Origin: Eubacteriales bacterium
GTDB lineage: Bacteria > Bacillota > Clostridia > Oscillospirales > CAG-272
NCBI GenBank assembly: GCA_045644325.1
Contig: JAZRGT010000031.1
Span: forward strand, 3,952 to 67,951
Direction: 5' to 3'
DNA length: 64,000 nt
Below are positions 16,410 through 25,468 of this stretch, one piece after another. A program made the translations under genes and the position numbers. The stretch's first letter is position 1, and the number at the start of each line of letters is the position of its first letter. The notes beneath the pieces are model-generated. The model was given only the letters and a program-made list of their open reading frames with translations, made no database searches and was not told the DNA's origin.

Positions 16410-18404
16410 TCAGCCGATTATAAGTGCGAGGGGCTCCATCGCCGCGATGGAGTACTTAACGTAAGTCACGCCGTCGCGCACCTCGAAGTCACAGGGGATG
16501 CGTTCGCCTCGCTCATTGAGACGGTCTATGCGCGACACCGCACTCTTGATTACAAGCGGAAGTTCGTCGATGGCATCCTGCGAAAGATTGAAGGCTACGG
16601 CGAATGTCTCGCCTCCGGGAAGTCTGCCTGCCCTAAGATAGAGCTCTGCATCCTCGGGGTAATAGAGGGGAAGAAGATCGTTCTTCGAAAGGATATCGAC
16701 CAACTGTTGCTTTCTCGTTTCGTTTAAGAGCGAGAAGGCGGAATAATACTTAAAAGGCATATCAGGAGTTCCGCAAAAAACGATGCACTCACCGCCAAGC
16801 GAGGTCTTATGGCGAGTCACACCGGGATACAGAGGCTCGGGGACGCTCTGCTTTTGGTTGAAATGATAGACTTCGGAGAGCCATTCGGTCTCGGAGGAGA
16901 GAGGTTTAAGCTCTCTGTTTCCATACTGCACGTCCAAAGAGATACCGTTCACTCGCTCACCGGTTGCGACCTTTGCGCTCGTGGAGACGGTCTGCACACC
17001 GACCTGATCAATGGAGGCGGCACCCGACGCTACGGTCACGCCAAGCTCTGTGGCGAAGCCGCGAGTGACAAGCGCGGCAGCCGCGCCGACGGAGAGGATG
17101 AGAGTCCCCTTCATAAATCCACGGATCTCGTCATCGGTGAAGCCTCGGACGGAAAAATCGTCGAGGAAAACTGCGCCCTCGCCGTCGTTTCCAAAGTAGA
17201 AAGGAAGACCGAGTCGCTCAAGCACACAGCTCGACCAGGCGGAGAGATTAAAATGCTTCTTTGTGCGTAGCTGATAGAAAAAGTCCTGCTTTCGCGTAAG
17301 GGGAATGCGGCATCCAAACGGACGGAGCTGACTTGCGTAGGCGGTGAGAGCTTCATAGAAGCCCGAATATTTTGCAAGCTTTTTTCTGTACGCCTTGCCC
17401 GATGCGGGCTCGAACGCGGTAAGTCTTGTTATCCAATGCTTTGCACCCGTTGCGCCCTCGAGTATCGATGCGGTAAAGTGAGCGTGAAGGAGCGCGGCAG
17501 AGGTGGAATATCTGTTCTGCGGACAAGTATCGGTTTCTGCCAGGAAAATATCGACCTTGTCTTTTGTATTTTCGCGTAGGATAGCCGCGCGAAACATATT
17601 TGCGGTGAAGTTACGCGCGCCGCCCGTGTTAGCGGAGTTTGAGTAGGGTCCGCCGTTGAGACGGATTATTTTCGGATTGCCCTCGCCTGCGAACGCCTCT
17701 GCGGTATAATCGGAGAACTCGCAGAACGTGGATGTGTAGATGCCCGAAACCACTCCTTGAATGGTAGGATCTACCTCGTCGAGCCCCTCTCGCATAGCTT
17801 TTACACAATCAACGATCGAGTCACGAACTACCTCGACGTAAAGGTCGGAATAATATTTATCCTCCTCGGTGTTGCCGAGTACATGCTGATAGAGCTCCTC
17901 TCGGGTGATCGCCTTTTTTGCACGTCGGTTGAGTTCTGCCATGTGATGTTTGCAAGCACAGCCACCCGTCGGTCGGTAGAAAAGTCCAAGATCGTCATCG
18001 AGCATAACAACGGAGGGGTGATGCTCGGCGAGAATACGGAACTGCTCTTTTATGTACTTGCGGAAGTCGGGATCGAGGGGACAGCAGGTTACTATTCTCT
18101 CTTCTCCTGTCGGGAGAGAGACGGTAGGCTGAAAGGGATATGGCTCGTAGGGGGTGTAGATGTGACCAAGGGTTGCCTGCACGAGCACGCCGTGCTTTGC
18201 ACCGCGCTTATCCAGCCTCTCGCGGAAGAGGTCGTACTTTTCGCATTGCAACTCCGCTTTGTTGACAGGGGGAGTTCCCTCGGGATTGAACTCCATCATA
18301 AACATAGCGTGAGTGCTGACGCCTGTTCTTTGCTGTTCTATTATATCCTCGACGATCTCGTCGATGTGATCGGTGTCAAGTGGCATTATAGATAGGTTAA
18401 GCAT
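16410..18404 (-). CDS. Hypothetical 664-aa cytoplasmic protein, possibly glycan-active
   Basis: The start is placed at the ATG at 18404 behind AAAGGAGAG; the track ORF extends to 18476. It lies 14 nt downstream of the GH130 gene on the same strand. No motif recognised. Confidence 0.6.
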   Translation of the reverse strand: MLNLSIMPLDTDHIDEIVEDIIEQQRTGVSTHAMFMMEFNPEGTPPVNKAELQCEKYDLFRERLDKRGAKHGVLVQATLGHIYTPYEPYPFQPTVSLPTGEERIVTCCPLDPDFRKYIKEQFRILAEHHPSVVMLDDDLGLFYRPTGGCACKHHMAELNRRAKKAITREELYQHVLGNTEEDKYYSDLYVEVVRDSIVDCVKAMREGLDEVDPTIQGVVSGIYTSTFCEFSDYTAEAFAGEGNPKIIRLNGGPYSNSANTGGARNFTANMFRAAILRENTKDKVDIFLAETDTCPQNRYSTSAALLHAHFTASILEGATGAKHWITRLTAFEPASGKAYRKKLAKYSGFYEALTAYASQLRPFGCRIPLTRKQDFFYQLRTKKHFNLSAWSSCVLERLGLPFYFGNDGEGAVFLDDFSVRGFTDDEIRGFMKGTLILSVGAAAALVTRGFATELGVTVASGAASIDQVGVQTVSTSAKVATGERVNGISLDVQYGNRELKPLSSETEWLSEVYHFNQKQSVPEPLYPGVTRHKTSLGGECIVFCGTPDMPFKYYSAFSLLNETRKQQLVDILSKNDLLPLYYPEDAELYLRAGRLPGGETFAVAFNLSQDAIDELPLVIKSAVSRIDRLNERGERIPCDFEVRDGVTYVKYSIAAMEPLALIIG

Positions 18405-18418
18405 ACTCCGCTCTCCTT

Positions 18419-19435
18419 TCACAGTTGTTCGGTACAAAGTGCGATCAGATCGGAGAGCGAGGCTGTTGCAAGACACTCTACGGTATCTGACGCGCCATAA
18501 TAAATTTTGACCGTTTCGTCATCCTCAAGGATCATACCGCCGGGGAAGATGACGTTCTGTCTGAAGCCCTCGTCGGTTTCAAATGGCAATTCGGGGGCGA
18601 TCAAGGGCTCTTTCGACATGCCGATCACCTTTGTCGGATCTTCAAGGTCGAGCAGCATAATGCCGGCTGTATACCGTTTGTCCCACGAGGGTTCCCAACC
18701 GTTTTTACCTCTGCCCGCCTGTCGGTCAACCGCGTGGAAGGTCGTAAGCCAACCGTACTTTGTTTTGATGGGCGGTGCCGCCGGACCGATCTTATCGTTT
18801 GCAAAAGGAACATGTTCTACGCCCATTACAAGCTCTGTGTCACCCCAATATTTTAAGTCGGGAGATCTTGATGCCCAAATGTCGAAGCGATCCTTTCCGC
18901 CTCTGGAATAAACGGTAAAGGGACGCTCGAGGCGCACGTACATGCCTCCGATACGCTCGGGAAACAGAACCATATTGCGATTGTCGGGAGCACTTACACT
19001 CAGAATATTGAAGCAATCGAGGGAGTCATTAATATCGGCGATGACGCCGCGGATTCCGTGACGGGTATCCGTTGCAAGGCAAAGATAGAGCTTATCATCA
19101 ATGACGGTCAGGCGCGGATCGTAATAGCGTCGTACGTCACTTTCCTTCGGCAAGCTCGCGCTATCAAAAAGAGGCTTTTCGCGGACGGTCCAATGAACAC
19201 CGTCGTCGCTTTCGGCAACACCGAGCAGAGTTCCCGGCTTTTTGACGGGCGGCCAGACGTCTTCCTCAAAATTGTAGTCATCACGAAAGATCATAATGTA
19301 TTTTTCGCGATACTTCGCAACTCCAGCATTGAATATGAGAGAGGCGTTATAGGGGATGTCATTTCTCGTCAGGATAGGTTTTTCCAATTTTTTGATGCAC
19401 GAAGCAGTATAGAGGGGAGGTGTAAAGATCGCCAT
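18419..19435 (-). CDS. GH130 family glycoside phosphorylase/hydrolase (mannoside phosphorylase-like)
   Basis: The start is placed at the ATG at 19435 behind AAGGAG; the longer track ORF runs into the repeat element. Motifs: PILTRNDIPYNASLIFNAGV, VLFPERIGGMYVRLERPF, GWLTTFHAV, KIYYGASDT. Confidence 0.8.
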   Translation of the reverse strand: MAIFTPPLYTASCIKKLEKPILTRNDIPYNASLIFNAGVAKYREKYIMIFRDDYNFEEDVWPPVKKPGTLLGVAESDDGVHWTVREKPLFDSASLPKESDVRRYYDPRLTVIDDKLYLCLATDTRHGIRGVIADINDSLDCFNILSVSAPDNRNMVLFPERIGGMYVRLERPFTVYSRGGKDRFDIWASRSPDLKYWGDTELVMGVEHVPFANDKIGPAAPPIKTKYGWLTTFHAVDRQAGRGKNGWEPSWDKRYTAGIMLLDLEDPTKVIGMSKEPLIAPELPFETDEGFRQNVIFPGGMILEDDETVKIYYGASDTVECLATASLSDLIALCTEQL

Positions 19436-19462
19436 CTTAAAAAGTCTCCTTTGTGTTTTTAT

Positions 19463-19578
19463 CATTATAGCCGATTGTAAAATTACAAAAATATAATTAA
19501 ATTCGTTTTTTGGCGGCGGCGATAAGTGCGCGTACTCCGCCGCGCGGATTTTCAATTGTAAAACGCAGTTTTACAATT
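19463..19578 (+). repeat. MITE-like repeat, copy 2 (internally deleted)
   Basis: It carries TATAGCCGATTGTAAAA, then CGTTTTTTGGCGGCGGCGATAAGTGCGCG...TTTTCAATTGTAAAACGCAGTTTTACAATT, which matches the two ends of copy 1. Confidence 0.7.
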
Positions 19579-19691
19579 AGGTATTTTTATCATTATAGCA
19601 TTTTTTCATCGGTTTGTCATTTTGATTGTTTTTATAACATTGCAATTATTATGCTTTTTAAATAATTTTTCTGCGGTTTTTTGAAATATTC

Positions 19692-19720
19692 TTGCATTTA
19701 TTCTTGTAATGTGTTATAAT
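19692..19720 (+). promoter_or_regulatory. Promoter of the AraC-family gene
   Basis: TTGCAT-17 nt-TATAAT. Confidence 0.6.
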
Positions 19721-19745
19721 AGGTTCAATGAAGGAGGTGATGACG

Positions 19746-20564
19746 ATGCACGATATGGGAATGCTTAAAAGTTATAGAGATGCACAGATCACAAAGGATC
19801 ATGGTGTGCGATGTGTCGTCAATACGCCGATCGAATTTCCGCTTCATCATCACGATTACTATGAGCTTGAGATCGTTGCCGAGGGAGAGATGCTGCACGA
19901 ATGCAACGGAAAAAGCATGAGGCTTGGGAAGGGGGACGTGTATATCCTTTCGCCCCACGACGTTCACCGCCTTGTTCCCACTCAAAAAACCACAATATAT
20001 AACGTTTGTATTTATACGGAGCAATGCAGCAAATCGATTGCGAGACTGTTGCTTGATGAGGAATATCCGCGCTTTGGTAGAGTTGATGATAACTTAATGA
20101 ATGAGATCAGTGCGCTACACTCTGCCTTGCGGGATGTCCTGAACTCGACGGGTCAATACCGCGGGGCACGCACGTCGGCTCTTACAACTCTGCTTGCGTC
20201 AAGACTTTTTGAAATGACCTCCGCTGAGATATCATTGCAGTCTGATCAATCATACTCAACCATTGCCAAGGCAATGTCGTTTATTGAGGCGCACCTCGCA
20301 AATCCGATCACGCTTGAGGAGGTTGCGGCTGCTTCGGGATATTCCCGAACCTACTTCAGCAGACTTTTCAAGGAGATCGTCGGAATCAATTTCAAAAATT
20401 ACCTCGAGCGGGAGCGCATTGAACTGGCAAGTGATCTTCTCGAAATTGAAGAAATGAGCATAACCGAAATAGCCTACGCGGTTGGCTTTAACAGCTTTTC
20501 CTCCTTTTGGAGAGCCTTCAAAAAGCTCAAGGGAGTTTCTCCAAGAGAGTGGAGAACACGATAA
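19746..20564 (+). CDS. AraC-family transcriptional regulator (cupin plus HTH)
   Basis: There are in-frame ATGs at 19728, 19740 and 19746; the last lies 8 nt after GGAGG. The C-terminal HTH block reads TLEEVAAASGYSRTYFSRLFKE...ITEIAYAVGFNSFSSFWRAFKK. Confidence 0.85.
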   Translation: MHDMGMLKSYRDAQITKDHGVRCVVNTPIEFPLHHHDYYELEIVAEGEMLHECNGKSMRLGKGDVYILSPHDVHRLVPTQKTTIYNVCIYTEQCSKSIARLLLDEEYPRFGRVDDNLMNEISALHSALRDVLNSTGQYRGARTSALTTLLASRLFEMTSAEISLQSDQSYSTIAKAMSFIEAHLANPITLEEVAAASGYSRTYFSRLFKEIVGINFKNYLERERIELASDLLEIEEMSITEIAYAVGFNSFSSFWRAFKKLKGVSPREWRTR

Positions 20565-20576
20565 CCGCTTGTAGCC

Positions 20577-20700
20577 CGCCACGGCAAAAACCTCAAAAAT
20601 ATGCTTAAGAGATATTTCAAATAAGCCCTAAAACCTTGTAAAATAAAGCTTTTTGCGCTAAAAACACAAGAAGAGCGATCTTTCGATCGCTCTTCTTTCT
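20577..20700 (+). repeat. Copy B of the rubrerythrin 3' end plus terminator module; serves as a bidirectional terminator
   Basis: It reads ARHGKNLKNMLKRYFK* in frame, compared with [16 protein letters not shown] at the end of rbr. The shared spacer follows, then the stem AAGAAGAGCGATC/GATCGCTCTTCTT. Confidence 0.8.
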
Positions 20701-22364
20701 CATTGAGATGCTCTTTCACGGTATAATGTTTTGCCGAGATACTCTATATATCTGTACAAATCACGGTCTATTCGGCGGTTGTATTTTCCGAGTGCCTGCA
20801 CGACCTCAAAGGTTTCATAATCGTATTCAATCGTAACGTATGGGACGTTTTTCTCTTTTCTCAAAAACACGATGATAGAGTAATGGGATATAACATTACG
20901 GAAGTACCTATTGGTATAAACGCAATTATGCTGCAACGCACCTTCATGCTTAAAGTCGGAAATCGTTTTTGGAACTATAATAAAATATCCGTTTTCCTCT
21001 CTGTTGATCCACGATAATTCCTGCTCCGCACGAGCATATTGGTTGATCTCGTTTACCGAAACGCGCAAAGCCTTTTCCTGCACCATAACATCGTGTCTTT
21101 CAATATAGTCTTTATCAAACAGATCATCAACAGTTACGGCAGGAGTTTGGGCGAGCAAATCAATATAGTCACCGTACAAATTTGCATTGAAAATACCCGG
21201 CCTTCTCAAAAAATTAATCAGCTTTGTGTCTAAAACAGAAGCGTCAAGGTTGAAGTGGTTGAAAATTTGCACCAAAGAGGTGTATATACTATCACCGGTC
21301 CTCCTTTTCTTCATTACCGATTCCAGCTTTTGAAGAATATCAATATCGTGAAGTCCGCAACGTTTGATGATAGGAAGCGTATTGATAACGTTATTTTTAC
21401 TTGCAAAATCAATTTGCTTCGACGTAAATTCTTCCAGATATTCGACGATATTTTCAATATGCACCGTCGATGAAAACAGTTTGTGCTTAAACACAATTTC
21501 CGCTTTATTGCTATATAACGCCGCCAACATCAGTTTTACGTACTGAAGACAGTTTACTTCGGTTGCCTCAATATAATCATTCAGATATTTACAATCACAA
21601 TTTCTGACTATTTTATTAAGGTTGACATAAGCCGCCGCATCAGAAGCCTGCCATTTCGAACGTACCGTGGAGTATCTTGCACTCGCGCCCGCACACGAAA
21701 TGTGCTTTGAAAATTTATAAAGTCTGCCTTCTATACACACAATACGAATAATTTCGGTTGTATCGCTATTAGTAACAACAACGTTGCCTACTCTTCCCTC
21801 CTCATAAACGTCGTTTCTCGAGAAAACCCTGAATACATAGGCGTTTGAGTACTTGGACAGAAAGCCTTCAGAATACCTGCTCATTGCTGTTCTTGAATAG
21901 TATGGTATTCTGATATATTTCATTTTGTGCTCAAAGGCATCATAATGTGCTTTTATACTGTTATCGCAGTCAGCAAAAATTTCTTGGAGCAATTCCTGGT
22001 CCTTGTTTTTAACCAAGCTAAAACTTAAGGGAGCAGGTTCCAATTGGACACTGGCTGAATCAACTCTTACTCCGACCGGTGATTTTGATTCAATTTCCTT
22101 GCGGACTGCCTCTGTTCTTTTATACGGCAACAGCAGCTCTTCTTTTTTTTGCATTTTCTCGTTTTCGATCTGCGCGAGTTCCCGATCAATCTTATCTTGA
22201 AGATCTGCATCTTCATATTTCAAAAAGCCCTTTTCAAACGCGTCAAGCGGCAATTTCGCAACTCTGTTTCCATAATCAACATAAAAGTACTTATCGTCAA
22301 CAGAAACGATTATTCCCGTTTGCCTTAATTTGTTAACAACTTTTTTTCCAATGATAATATTCAT
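20700..22364 (-). CDS. PcfJ-like domain protein
   Basis: The start is placed at the ATG at 22364 (MNIIIGKK). The C-terminus HEGALQHNCVYTNRYFRNVISHYSIIVFLRKEKNVPYVTIEYDYETFEVVQALGKYN fits the PcfJ-like pattern known from conjugative elements. Confidence 0.6.
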   Translation of the reverse strand: MNIIIGKKVVNKLRQTGIIVSVDDKYFYVDYGNRVAKLPLDAFEKGFLKYEDADLQDKIDRELAQIENEKMQKKEELLLPYKRTEAVRKEIESKSPVGVRVDSASVQLEPAPLSFSLVKNKDQELLQEIFADCDNSIKAHYDAFEHKMKYIRIPYYSRTAMSRYSEGFLSKYSNAYVFRVFSRNDVYEEGRVGNVVVTNSDTTEIIRIVCIEGRLYKFSKHISCAGASARYSTVRSKWQASDAAAYVNLNKIVRNCDCKYLNDYIEATEVNCLQYVKLMLAALYSNKAEIVFKHKLFSSTVHIENIVEYLEEFTSKQIDFASKNNVINTLPIIKRCGLHDIDILQKLESVMKKRRTGDSIYTSLVQIFNHFNLDASVLDTKLINFLRRPGIFNANLYGDYIDLLAQTPAVTVDDLFDKDYIERHDVMVQEKALRVSVNEINQYARAEQELSWINREENGYFIIVPKTISDFKHEGALQHNCVYTNRYFRNVISHYSIIVFLRKEKNVPYVTIEYDYETFEVVQALGKYNRRIDRDLYRYIEYLGKTLYRERASQ

Positions 22365-22475
22365 TGTTCGCCCTCTATACAAGATGAATCAAATTTACGT
22401 ATTCCCACACGCCGCATTTATACTGAAAATTGCGTCTTCGGATCCACTGTGCCGATCTTCGGCTTGATTTAATTT

Positions 22476-22504
22476 ATTATATCACAAAAAGCGCAAAATG
22501 ACAA
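22476..22504 (-). promoter_or_regulatory. Promoter of the PcfJ-like gene
   Basis: The minus strand reads TTGTCA-17 nt-TGaTATAAT (extended -10). Confidence 0.6.
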
Positions 22505-23094
22505 TATATTCTCTGTGTTTTCGATATGATATACCTTGCCGATCGCTGCCCCCCTTGGTGGAACTCAAAGCGAAAATCTCTGTTTTGGAGTTATTATATC
22601 AAAAACGCCTACCATCGTTCTTTCCTTGGTAAGGCACGGAGAAAGATCGCTCGCGCTTCGTCTTATGTTAAACATATATACGGAAACTCTGTCGGAGGAA
22701 GCAGATGTGACAAGTACGCGGGAAACGAGAAAATTGTTCCGCTACGACAACAACGGCAACGTTGCATGCCAGTATAGTGCCTCCCACGCGTGGGGAGAGG
22801 GTGGTCTTTTGCTCGGAGCCAAGCTTTTGGGCAGCGTGCATTATGAAAGCGGCACACCTGTACTGGAGGAAATAGCCACGATTTTGCCCTTCAATGCAGG
22901 AATTTATATACCAAACGGTTGGACGCTGATCTGTAAAACGTAAAACGGCAAGCTGATTCGCCGGCTGATTTATGAAAGGTAATAGAGTATCCTTGCAAAG
23001 ATTGGCGTTAACGGGATCAATGGTAAAACCTCGTTCGATGCCAAAGAGTATGGATGCGAAATCGCCGCAAAGCTTCTTGATGAATTTAATCATA

Positions 23095-23123
23095 TTGACA
23101 ATTATTTGATTTTGATGTATAAT
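23095..23123 (+). promoter_or_regulatory. Consensus promoter of the Cys/His-repeat gene
   Basis: TTGACA-17 nt-TATAAT. Confidence 0.7.
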
Positions 23124-23181
23124 TATAAAAACGCTCTAACTAAGAAGATTTGAAGCGATGACAAAGAAAGGAGATACTATA

Positions 23182-24174
23182 ATGAAACGGCTTACGTTCA
23201 AGATACTCTACTATATAGCCGCAAGTTTGTTAATCATCTCTGCTTTTTGTCAGCTTGTTTGGCGTTTAAATTCTTGGCATCTGAGTTTGTCTGATCATGA
23301 ACACGATTATAATTTCACAAACAGTGACCTACACAACCATTGGCAACAATGCGAATGCGGGGAGATACAAAATCAAACTAAGCACAGCTTTATACGGGAT
23401 AAAAATACCAAATATCATTGGGAATTTTGCAATTGCGGGCGCATCAATGGATATGAAATCCATAGCTTCGCATCGTGGAGCATCATAACTGAAGCCTCAG
23501 AAACCTCATCGGGTCTTAAAGAAAGTTTTTGCGATATCTGCGATTTTTACACTATCAATACCATCCCTAAAATTCCGCATGAACATAATTATTCCGAAGA
23601 ATGGAATTGGGATGAACTCAATCATTGGCAAGAATGCGTTTGCGGAGAAAAGAGTGCATTTTTATCTCATAAGTATGGTGAATGGGTAGTAACCCAAGAG
23701 GCTACGATTCACGCAACCGGAATACAAGAGAATATTTGCGAAACTTGCCGATTCGTTATAATCAAACCCCTTCCTCACACACATTCCTTTGACTCAATCT
23801 GGGAAAAAGATGCAAGCAAGCATTGGCACCTGTGCTATTGCGGAGAAAAAAGCGATGTCGCTTCTCACTCATACGGAAGCTGGAAAACAACACGAGCCGC
23901 TACCATAAACGCTACCGGAGAACAGAAGCGTTCTTGTAATGATTGTAAGTTCACCGAAACCAAAACCATTCCGAAAATACCGCACACTCACTCCTACACC
24001 AACACATGGTTTAATGACGAAAATGAGCATTGGAATCAGTGTTCTTCTTGTCACGATAGGATCAACATCTCAGCTCACACACTTAAAGAAACTACGTCAA
24101 CGGATGCATCGAAAAAACGAAAAATATGCACAGTGTGCAGTTATTGGCAAACAGAGAAGGCCTCCGGCAATTGA
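23182..24174 (+). CDS. Membrane-anchored Cys/His-rich tandem-repeat protein
   Basis: The start is placed at the ATG at 23182 behind AAAGGAGA. An N-terminal TM helix is followed by four roughly 70-aa repeats of the pattern H.H.Y..W..D...HW..C.CGE......H.YG.W.......AT..G.....C..C.F......PKIPH. Confidence 0.65.
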   Translation: MKRLTFKILYYIAASLLIISAFCQLVWRLNSWHLSLSDHEHDYNFTNSDLHNHWQQCECGEIQNQTKHSFIRDKNTKYHWEFCNCGRINGYEIHSFASWSIITEASETSSGLKESFCDICDFYTINTIPKIPHEHNYSEEWNWDELNHWQECVCGEKSAFLSHKYGEWVVTQEATIHATGIQENICETCRFVIIKPLPHTHSFDSIWEKDASKHWHLCYCGEKSDVASHSYGSWKTTRAATINATGEQKRSCNDCKFTETKTIPKIPHTHSYTNTWFNDENEHWNQCSSCHDRINISAHTLKETTSTDASKKRKICTVCSYWQTEKASGN

Positions 24175-24213
24175 TACCATTTGTGGGTGCCTTTGAACGT
24201 TTAGCAGCCGTTT

Positions 24214-24266
24214 AAAAAAAGCCAAAGCACTTTGCCTCGGTTCGAGGCAGAGTGCTTTGGCTTATT
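24214..24266. terminator. Bidirectional terminator between convergent genes
   Basis: A long stem GCCAAAGCACTTTGCCTCG/CGAGGCAGAGTGCTTTGGC is flanked by an A-run and a T-rich run. Confidence 0.7.
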
Positions 24267-24870
24267 ATTTTAATACGGGTTTCTGTCTATCGATACGAGG
24301 CTGAAAAACAAAGCAATCCAGTCCATTCTTTATATTTGAGAAACATCCGAGTATCGAACAGATGTAATCCAGATCGTAGATTTCCTTCTTAATAAAAAAC
24401 ATCATTGCTGCATCAAGATCAAGCTCATAGTTTATTGCAAATCCCGCGGAATGAAGCAATTCCTCGGTTTGGTCGGTATCCAAACGCAGGGCAACTGCAA
24501 TTGCAAATGCGTTACCGCGTTCAATATCCGGCATCTCGCCACTCATAATACGTCCCCATTTGGAGCTGCTGAAATTTGCTGCCTTATAAATATCCGACGC
24601 CTTGGGCATCTCGTCATCAAATTTATTATATATGTGTTCCTTATCATTCATAAATTGATGGATTTTTCTTGCCAACGACATAGAAGCAGTATCGGGAGAT
24701 CTTAAAAGAACCTTGTCGTCCTTCTTATCAAACACCTTTCGCATTGCAGTATTCCACAGCTCTGTAGCCATTATATCCGTGATGCTTTTATCGATTCGCT
24801 TAGGTGCTGAAAATATGCACTCATTAGCAGCATCTGCCTCATAAGGGTCAAAATACTCCAATTTTCTCAT
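24265..24870 (-). CDS. XRE-like helix-turn-helix protein with a C-terminal extension
   Basis: The start is placed at the ATG at 24870 behind AAGGAG. The HTH-like block reads SKWGRIMSGEMPDIERGNAFAIAVALRLDTDQTEELLHSAGFA. Confidence 0.6.
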   Translation of the reverse strand: MRKLEYFDPYEADAANECIFSAPKRIDKSITDIMATELWNTAMRKVFDKKDDKVLLRSPDTASMSLARKIHQFMNDKEHIYNKFDDEMPKASDIYKAANFSSSKWGRIMSGEMPDIERGNAFAIAVALRLDTDQTEELLHSAGFAINYELDLDAAMMFFIKKEIYDLDYICSILGCFSNIKNGLDCFVFQPRIDRQKPVLK

Positions 24871-24921
24871 ATTGTTTCTCCTTCTAAAACGAGCTTGAAT
24901 TTTGCAAAACGCTATGGTAAT

Positions 24922-24950
24922 ATTGTAACACAATAAATAGCATATTTCAA
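24922..24950 (-). promoter_or_regulatory. Promoter of the HTH gene
   Basis: The minus strand reads TTGAAA-17 nt-TACAAT, preceded by TGT. Confidence 0.5.
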
Positions 24951-25011
24951 TATCTTTCGAAGAAAAAATACAAAATATAATATATTCTCCGCAAATACAT
25001 TGGTTTTCCCG

Positions 25012-25051
25012 TCATACAAACAAATGGCTGACTCTTATAGAATCAGCCATT
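25012..25051 (-). terminator. Terminator closing the 13-gene operon
   Basis: The stem AATGGCTGA/TCAGCCATT lies 6 nt past the stop at 25057. It is followed on the minus strand by TTGTTTGT. Confidence 0.6.
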
Positions 25052-25056
25052 TTCAA

Positions 25057-25449
25057 TTAGATTGCAGTATACTCTAAAATCAAAGATCTGAGATCATTCG
25101 CGATCGCAATAAGCGTGCCATTGGTTATAGGATATTCAAAGGTCCAGCTTTCCTGCAAAAATTTCTTCTCTTCAACCAGCAATTCTCTTGCCTTCGCTTC
25201 AAAAACTCTTGCCTTGCGCTTGTCGCGCGAGGGAAGCATTTGAGATACGAGCTCAGCACATTCCTCTAAAATCTCCGCGCATTGGTGACAGGTAGGGGCG
25301 AGACAATTATATTCACCAGCATCTCCACCCGCGAATTTAGACAAAAACCATTTTTCGAGATCCATCAACTTATACTGTACGGCATATACGTCTTCAGCAA
25401 GCCGCTCCTTGTTAATAATATCGCAGTTTTTGGGGCTAAACAGCATCAT
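25057..25449 (-). CDS. Hypothetical 130-aa protein (last gene of the operon)
   Basis: AGGAGA ribosome-binding site. It lies 19 nt after the RuvB-like gene. No motif recognised. Confidence 0.6.
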   Translation of the reverse strand: MMLFSPKNCDIINKERLAEDVYAVQYKLMDLEKWFLSKFAGGDAGEYNCLAPTCHQCAEILEECAELVSQMLPSRDKRKARVFEAKARELLVEEKKFLQESWTFEYPITNGTLIAIANDLRSLILEYTAI

Positions 25450-25468
25450 ATTCTATCTCCTATCGTTT

